DNA from: Thermoplasmatales archaeon SW_10_69_26
GTDB lineage: Archaea > Thermoplasmatota > SW-10-69-26
Direction of reading: 5' to 3'
DNA length: 64,000 nucleotides
Assembly (NCBI GenBank): GCA_003009755.1
Contig: PXUB01000042.1
Coordinates: 55,821 to 119,820 of the forward strand
Part shown: piece by piece, positions 28,501 through 37,500 of the stretch
Position numbering within the stretch: position 1 is the stretch's first letter
Layout: every line of letters begins with the position of its first letter
The notes under the pieces: generated by a model
The model's input: only the letters and a program-made list of their open reading frames with translations
What the model was told of the DNA's origin: nothing
The model's database searches: none
Program-made: the position numbers and the translations under genes

Positions 28501-31500
28501 AGAACGTGACCGTCGGGTTCGTCTACATCGGCGAATCCCAGGAGGCCAGACAGTCCTACAACGTCCGTCCCTACGGCGACGTCGAACCGTTCGCAGGCGC
28601 AGGCGTCGACTTCCGATCCAGCGTGGCCGGCACAGCCACCGACCCGCTGTCCGGCACGATCGGGTACGAGCCGACCGGACAGTCCCAGGGCGCGTTCCTC
28701 TCCAGCCGCGTCAGCGTGGAGAGCGACGAGGGCGTCAAGCTCGAACCCACCGACACCGACCGCATCCGCAACCGCGTCGTGAACACCGCCCAGACCGTGC
28801 GGCCCGGCACCGCCGACACCGGGTGGAACACGATCGGTTACGACCACGCGACCGGGCTCGGTGACGCCGAGACCCCGCTGCGCTCCGCGGCCCAGGTCCT
28901 CACCGGCAACGGTGATCCCGTGGCCGAGGGAGCCCAGGCCGGCGACGGCATCGAGCTCGGCACCCGCGAGGAGACCGACAGTGGCGTGGAGCTTTTCCCC
29001 CGCCGCCTCCACGAGGACGCGAAGAAGGCCGGCCAACGCGCCCCCAGCTCGCTGCGAGCCCACGCCGACGACCCGGCCGTGACCGTGCTCGGGTCGCCGA
29101 CGATCGACCTCACGGGATCGGAGAACCCCCACCTGCGGTTCCGGCAGAAGTTCGATCTGCAGACGGAGGAAGGCGCCCAGCTCGTCAACGAGGAGTTCAA
29201 CCTGTCGAAGCTCGCCTCCACCCTCGACCTGCCGAGCAACGTGACCAACGAGAAGGAGTGCGCGGTCGGTCAACGTGATGCCGAAGCGGGACCCGGCGGT
29301 GCCAACGTCACCCTCGAAGGGTTCCATTGCCTGTTGGAGGAACGGAGATCCCAGGACGACGACTACAACGTCCAGAACGAGATCCTCAACCCCGCCGTCG
29401 CCGAACCGAGCGTCTCTGCGGGCCTGTACGTCCGAGCCAGCCCCGTCGGCGAGGACGAGACCCAGCTCGTGGAGCCGGTCGACGGCTACCGCTACCCGAT
29501 CGAGGACTCCGCCGGCTTCCAGCCGACCCTCGACTACACGGTGAACTCGCCCGACAGCTACCCCGGCTACCAGACCGGCTTCTCCACGAACTCCGCCGGG
29601 GACGAGGCGGTCTGGAACCAGCCCGTGTACAAGGAGGCCCGCCAGCCGTCGTTCGCCGGCACCCCCGCTTGGGCCGGTGACAGCGACGTCGACGGCGACG
29701 ACGAGGCCGACTGGGTCACCTCCGAGCTGGATCTCTCGGCGTTCGGCGGCGAGCGCGTGAAGCTGGAGTTCGTGCTCGTCGGCCGTCAAAACCACACCAC
29801 GCCCGGCGATCCCACCGAGGACGCCGGGACGCTGCTCACCGAGGAGCCGTGGTCCCTCGACGACATCGAGGTCGTCGAGTCCGACGTCGAGGGCGAGGTC
29901 GAGATCCAGTCCCTCGACTGGCCCACCACGGATCTGCCCGTCGTCACCCCCGGCACCGACCTGCCGGTCCGCACCACCGTCACCACGCCGACCGGGCTCG
30001 ACCAGACCATCCACGCCAAGGCGGTGCTCGTCGACGCGAACGGCTGTGTCCGCGGCAGCGACACCGTGCAGGCCCAGTTCGAGAACGACGCCGGACGGAC
30101 CGAACCGATGCCGCCCGGCGCCACCCTGACGATGCCGGACATGGTGATCGACGGGTCCAACGTCGACGGCGCCACCCCCTGGGACGTGCTCGTCGGCGTC
30201 GACGTGGGCCAAGAGCCCTCCGTGCTCGCGCCCTCGTCGGTCGAGACCCGCCCCATCCAGGGCGACGTCAGCCGACAGATCTCCACCGGGGCCCTCGACG
30301 TCTCCGAGGGTGCCACCATCGACATGGCCGCCCAGGACGCCAACTGCGAGCCGTCCGCGGACATCCTGACCGTCACCCCGCAGAACACCCGCCCCAGCGT
30401 CACGAAGGACGTCACCGACGACCGCGAGCTCACCTTCGAGGTCCTCTCCGACGACGCCGAGGAACCCGACCCCGGCTGCGATGCCGCTCGCATCGTCGGC
30501 GACACCCGCCGATCCTTCGGCGAAACCGGCAGCTGTGCCCCGATCCTGCTCGCGGTCTCCGAAGGCCAAGGCTCGGACGCCGGCGGGGAGAGCCTGCTGC
30601 TGTACTCCGACCAGGCCCCCGCTGACAGCTCCGAGAACCGGACCGCCCGCGTGGAGGCTCCCTCGCAGCGCGTCCCGGTCGGCAGCCCGATCGAGGTCAG
30701 CGTGGACGTACCCCGCGACCTCGACCAAGCGGCCATGCACGTGATCGACCCCAGCGCTCCCAGCCCGGACCCCCAGCGCGTCTGGGGTGGGCTCGGCACG
30801 ACGCTGGACGCGACCGAGGACACCAGGATCCCGCTCACGCTCGAGGACGCCGGCCCCAAGCTGCTCGTCCTCACCGGTGACAGCGAGGACCATCCCTCCA
30901 CGATCGGCGGCACGCTCGTCGTCGGCACGAACGCGGACAGCGCCGGCGACCCGACCGTGATCGACAACAAGGCCGAGATCACGACGATCGCCGGCGAGCA
31001 AGAACAGCTCGCGGTGACCGACGTGTCGGTCACCCCCAGCTCGGCGCTCTCCACGACCTCGCGAACCATCGAAGCCGAGGTCCAGAACACCGGGACCACC
31101 ACGCTCGAGAACGTCACCGTCGAGTTCAGCACCGAGGGCACCCTCGTCGCGGAGAAGAGCCGCAGCTCGCTGCGCGCCGGCGAATCCGCCACCTTCACCG
31201 TGCCGGACTTCAGCCCCGGCGGCGAGCCGAGCATCGTCATCCGCGTCGACGCCACCAGCAACGAAGGCCTCACGGCCACCGGTGCAGCCTCGGCCCGCTC
31301 GCTCGTCGAGATCGGATCGCTGACCCCGCTCGAGAACGCCAACTCCGACGGCTGGAACGTGCAAGGCGACCAAGCCCAGTTCCAGAACCCCGAGACCAGC
31401 GAGGCGCCCGCGGACACGACCGGCACCGTGGACCTCGTGCGGCAGGCAACCCGCGCCGAGGAGGGTGCCCGCCTGGAGGGTCTCGCGGGCGTCGCCGTCC

Positions 31501-34500
31501 AGCTCGACCACAAGCTCGACATGGAGGAGCGCTTCGACGGCGGCCAGGTCGTCCTCTCGAACGACACCGGGACGCGCCCGCTGTCCGTCGGCGACGCCAC
31601 CAAGGAGATGGGACCGTTCAGCCCGATCGGTGGCGAGGCCCTGACCGGGTTCCGCGACCGGCCCGACGAGACGGTGAAGCTCGACACCGCCGACGCGAGC
31701 ACCGAGCAGCTCGTCGAGCAAACCGCCGTCGACCGGTTCGGCTTCCCGCTGCTGACCGACGACCCCGAGGACGAACCCGAGCCGGATGCCATCGTCGACT
31801 GCGCGAGCCGGACCTTCATCGACGACCAGATCAGCGTCGATCGCTCCCAGCCGTACTGCGAGCACGCCCAGGCCACCATCCCGACGCCGAGCACGGCGAT
31901 GTCCCGCGGCGTGTTCCACCTCCAACCCTCCGAGTTCCTCTCCGGTGAGGACTCGTGGACCGCCGAGCACGACAACGGCGACGAGTACAACATCACCGTG
32001 AACGAGGCCACCAGCTACGTCTTCCTCGAGGGCGGCCGCGATCTCGTGGCCTCCGCCCAGGATCAAGGCAAGCTCTCGATCGCGTTCGAGGAAGCCCGCC
32101 AGCTGGACCCGTTCTTCGAGGCCCGCGAGCGCCCGATGTCCGTCGAGGTCTGCGCCCGCTTCATGTCCGTCGAGGACGACGGCAACGTCACGGTCCGTCA
32201 GGAGCCCGACGTCGTTCGCCGATGCACGGGCCTCACCCACGACGAATCCGGGGACCAGCTCCTCGAGAAGCCGTGGAGCAAGACGATCGTCTCGATCGGG
32301 AACATCCCCGAGACCGGGCCGGGCCAAGACAGGTACAACATCGTGCGGCTCGAACTGTCCCTGCAACAGGACCGGCGGTCCGACGATGGCACCGGCCTGA
32401 TCGGCGACGGCGAGGACACCCGTGACTCGCAGGGCCTCGACCAGCCCATCCGCGGCTGGTTCGTCGGCCCCGTCACGGCCTCGGCCGGCGACACCGAGAA
32501 GACGTGGACCCCCGACGCCCGCGCGCTCACCCAGACCGACCCCAACACCGGCGCCAGTGCCGGTCAGCTCGACGCCGCGATCGACCCCGGCGACAACCCG
32601 GGGAGCGATCGCAGGGAGAAGCAGATCGACCAGTTCAGCGCCGTCGGCCTGACCGACGTTGATATCGTCAAGCGAAGCGACGGCGAGGTCCAGACCCTCA
32701 CCGGCAAGAGCACGGTCAGCGGCATCGACGATCGCAGGGCGAAGGACGATCCCACGTTCAAGCTCCCCTTGACCGCGTGCGCCTGGTCCCGTGCCGGCTC
32801 CTGTAGCTGGACCCAGATCGTCGACACCTACCTCGGATCGAACTGGGGATCCACCCAGGACGACAAGATCCAGGCGCTCGCGACGGCTCCCTTCGCGATG
32901 AATCTCACCTGTTCGCAGCCCGCCGACCTGCCCTTCGAGGTCGACAACACCAACTCCGACGCGAAGGGCGACGACGACCCGCCGACGGCGAGCGGCTGCG
33001 ACCGCACGACCGACCTCCCCGGCATGGGGGTCCAGGTGCTCGACAGCTCCACGATCGACCGAGGCTCCGGCAACGCGTGCGGCGACGCCGAGGTCGGGTC
33101 CCCCGTCCTGTGGCGGACCCGGTGCCTGCGCGGTGAACGGTGGGATGCCTCGTCCACCACGACCGACGAGAACGGGGACAGCATCCGCTTCACGAACCGA
33201 CCGCTCGAGGCCAGCGTCCCCGGCCGTCTATCGGACCTGACGGCCCAGCCCAACGACACGACCTCGATCGAGGTTACCTTCGACGGGCAAAACGGCGACC
33301 TCCGGGTCTACGCCTGCCAGCGGACCGACCCCCTCGACTGCACCGTCGACGACCACTTCGACGCGCTGACCCTCGTCGACGGGGACGAGAGCCCGTACGT
33401 GCACGAGGATCTACCGGAGGACTCCCGCTGGTGTTACCAGGTGGTCGTCCCCAACTCGCCGGCCGCCAACCAGCGGTTCCGGACCGCCTGTTCGAGCACG
33501 CTGCGCTCGCCGGCCTCGGTGACCAGCTTCGAGGCACGCCCCAACGGGACGACCTCGATCACCGTCGAGTGGGACCGCAACGATCTCGACCAGCACGCCG
33601 ACGCCGACCGGTTCAACGTGACGCGCTGCACCCTGCAAGACCACCAGGACGACAGCTCGGCGTGCGGGTCCTACGCAGACCCCGTCGAGGAGGTCGACGA
33701 CGGGGAACGCTTCGTCGACGAGGATCTCGACCCCGGCGTCTACTGCTACCGCATCTGGGCGGTCCACGACCGCGGCGGGGAGGACGACCTCGCCAGCGAC
33801 CCGGTCGTCGACTGCGGCGCCACCGACGAAGGCGGCGATGCCGTCACCGGCCTGTTCGTCCAACGCGAGTCCGACCCCTACGAGCGCGTGCTGGACTTCG
33901 AGACCGTGGACCGCGAGATCGAGGGCCGAGCCCCGAACCTCACCGTCCGATGGAACAACTACACCGCGGACGGCGGCGGGCAGACGAACTACACGGTCGA
34001 CCGCTGCGACCCGCAAGGCGACGTCGACTGCTGGAGCGGCGAGGGCTTCGAGACGACCAACAACCAGACCGTCACGCTGCAGTCCCGCTACGTCGACGAC
34101 GAGGACCTCGACACCGCGGACCGGCGCTGCTACCGCGTCATCGCCACCACCGGCGAGGAGCCCCGCTCGGCGCCTTCCAACATCGACTGCGGGACGACCG
34201 TCGAGACGCCGAGCGCACCGCGCGCCCTCGACGTCCGACGCGGAGCCGACAGCTCCGGCGACCTGCGGTACACGTTCGACGCGCCCGCCCGCGATGGCGG
34301 CGCCATCGTCGAGAACTACACGATCGAGCGCTGCTCGTTGTCCACCGTCGACGACTCCTGCGAGGACGGCGAGTACACCACGGTCGACAACCGCTCGACC
34401 GCACCCGCGGGGGACATCAGCGAGACGTTCGAGACCGGTAGCGGTCCGCACTGCTACCGCGTCAGCGCCGTCAACGTCGCCGGTGCCGGCGAGCCCGCCG

Positions 34501-37500
34501 TCGACTGCGGGACCGCCCGCGGTGGCGAGATCGGCGGCCAGACCCCGCTCCGGTCGAAGGGCCACAGCCTGGACTACCGGATCGTCATGCCCGTCGACCT
34601 GCGCTTCGCGGCCGACCAGGCCCAGGTCTGGGCCGAGCCCGATTTCGAGGAGCTGACCAAGGAGGATGGGAACAAGGACCTCTCGGTCAGCGTCCGCGCC
34701 CAGGCGCGGATCCAGGGCCAGGACACCTGGGAGGACGTCCCGCAATGCGTCACGAAGGAACGCACGGATTCGAACTGCAACACCGGCTGGCAGCCCGTCT
34801 CGGGGATCGCCACCGGCAACAACCTCGACCTCAGCCGGTTCGTCGGGCAGCAGGTCGAGCTCGCGTTCCGCGTCCAGATGGCCCACCCGGCCGTCCAGGT
34901 CGATCCGCCCAGCGGCGACCCCGAACCGGCGCTCGCCCTCAACGACGTGACCGTCGAGGCCGGGTACCTGCAGCTCGTCGACCTCGACATGCTGCTGAAG
35001 GCCTTCACCGACCCCAGCATCCAGGGCGAGGGGTGGAACGTGCGCGGCGTGCAGCTGTTCGGGCTCCCGATCAAGGCCAACGTCGGGCTGACCGACATCG
35101 ACAGCAAGACCCTGGTCGAGGACGAGCTCCACGTTCACACCGACACGAGCGCCGAGCGCGACGTGTTCATGTCCGCTGCGGCGAACGTCACCGTTTACAA
35201 CCAGGGTGTCGAGCCCGAGACCGTGCCGCTGGAGGCCAGCCTCCAGGCGCGTACCAGCTCCAGCGACCCCTGGCAGTTCAGCACGAGCCAGGGCTGGACC
35301 GAGACCGACGATCCAGGCATCGGCGCCGATGGCAAGTGCAACGTCGACATCCGACCCGACGAGGTCGACCTCGAGCCCGGCCGATCCAAGCAGATCGCCA
35401 CGCGCATCGTCTTCACCCCCGAAGACGGGAGCGGGTGGCTGGACCCCAAGAACACGCCCGAGGACGAGCTGCTGGCGCAGTGCTTCCCCGCCTCGCTGGG
35501 CACCTCGGACTCCAGCTACGACTTCCGGTTGCAGATCAACGCCTCCGAGGTCCCCGAGGGTGACTACGTCTCCTCCGACGACCGGATCGAGCAGACCGTC
35601 CGGCCCAACCCCTTCCGGGACAATCTCGGCGACTACCGGTCCCACAGCCCGGGCCTCGGGATCGAGGACTTCTCCGTGGAGCCCACCCGCCCGGCGCCCG
35701 GTCAACCGGTGCGCGTCACGGCGAACGTGAGCCTCACGGACCAGACGAGCCGCGGCGCCGACATCGAGCTCCGGCTCGTCGACCCCGCTACCGGGGAGAT
35801 CCAGCGATCGCTGAGCGGCACCGACGCCGACACGCCGATCACCACCTTCGCGCCCTACCGGACGACCTCGCTCAACTGGACCCTGACCGACGTCCCCGAG
35901 GGCGAGTCGATGGTGAACCTCACCGCCGAGATCACCCGCACGAACCTCGAGAACGAAGAGGAGGTCCCCACCGATTCGGCCGCCGGCTGGATGGCCCGAG
36001 GGTCGGTCGAGGACGACGTCCGCGGATACGCATCCGACGACGTCGGGGCGCTGAGGACCGGCGGCGACGCCCGCTACCAAGGCGGGAACACCACCTACGT
36101 GACCACCCAAGGTCAAAACGAAGGCGACGATGGCTCCGTCGGGATCCTCGAGCGCTGTCGTTCGGTGGTGGATCCCGAGTCGGGCGAAACCTGCCTCAAC
36201 CAGGGATCCGACGGCGAGCTCGCGGCCGTCATCGGCACGCCGTGGATGAAGCTGGAGGACTCGCCGCCGCCGCTGATCGGGGTCCGAGCCCGATGGAACT
36301 TCGACAGCGAGGACCAGAACGAGGACGATCCCGGTCACCCGGTCGCCTCCGGGTGGGCCGTCCAGGTCTGCCACGTCGAGGAGGTCCGCTCCGGCCAGTG
36401 CCCGATCAACACCAGAGACGACGGTGACTCCGGCACCGAAGACGGCTGGGCCTGGCGGACCGTCGACGTCTTGCGGACCTCCGACGGCACGCTGACCGAA
36501 GCCGTCAACCCCGACAGCGTCCTGCCGAGAGGGGAGTGCGACGACCGACAGAATTCGGAGACCACCTGCTCCGCCGTGAGCGAGGACTGGGCCAACATGA
36601 AGACCGGCGACGACGTGATGACGAACACGTCGGCCGGGTTCGCCCGCGACCGAAGCGAAGAGGGTGCCTTCCGCACCGTCATCGCCTCCGGCACCGAGTG
36701 CCCGGACCTCGGCGAACAGCACTGCCCGCTGTCGTGGAACCAGACCGACGGCGGCGACCGCGACGACCACTACCGCGTCCGCCTGGTCGCCTTCTCGTCC
36801 GACAACAGCCGCAACGACGAGCTGACGGTCTCCGACATCACGATCGCCCCCGTCGGCCTGACCGGCAGCCAGCGGCAGGACACCTCCGGGTTCCCGATCC
36901 CCGAAAAAGCCCCGAAGGCCGTCCCGATGAACCTCGACTCGCTGGGAGAGATCGGGACCAAGGTCGACGCCAGCGTGGACGAACCCGAGGGCTGGGACGC
37001 CAGCATCGACGGCCTGCCCGCCACGAGCACCGTCGAGGAGGGCACCGAGCCCCGCCTGCTGGTCGAGGCACCGATCTCGCCCAGCGGCATCTCCCAGAGC
37101 GCGACGCTCAACCCCCGCTTCGGCGTCCAAGCCGAACCGCTCCGCAGCATCGAGGAGGTCGTCCCGATCGGCGTCCAGGCTGGGCAGCACCCAGACCTGG
37201 TCGTCGAGGACGTCGAACGAACCGACGACGTCAAGAAGGGTGACGAGACCCTCGTCCAAGTGCGTGTGCAGAACGTCGGGTTCGAGACGAGCGAGGAGGT
37301 CGAGGTGACCGGCGTCGCCCGCTACGACGACGGCCAGGTCAACCTCCTCGAACCGCCCAAGGACCAGGACAAGGTGACCCTGCCTGCGCTCCCGCCCGGC
37401 GTCGAGGAGACCGTCGTCCTCAAGTGGACGCCCTCCCAAAGCGGCAACGCCACCGTGCGCGTCGGGGCCGACCTCACGCGCGCGGAACCGCTGTCCGGCC

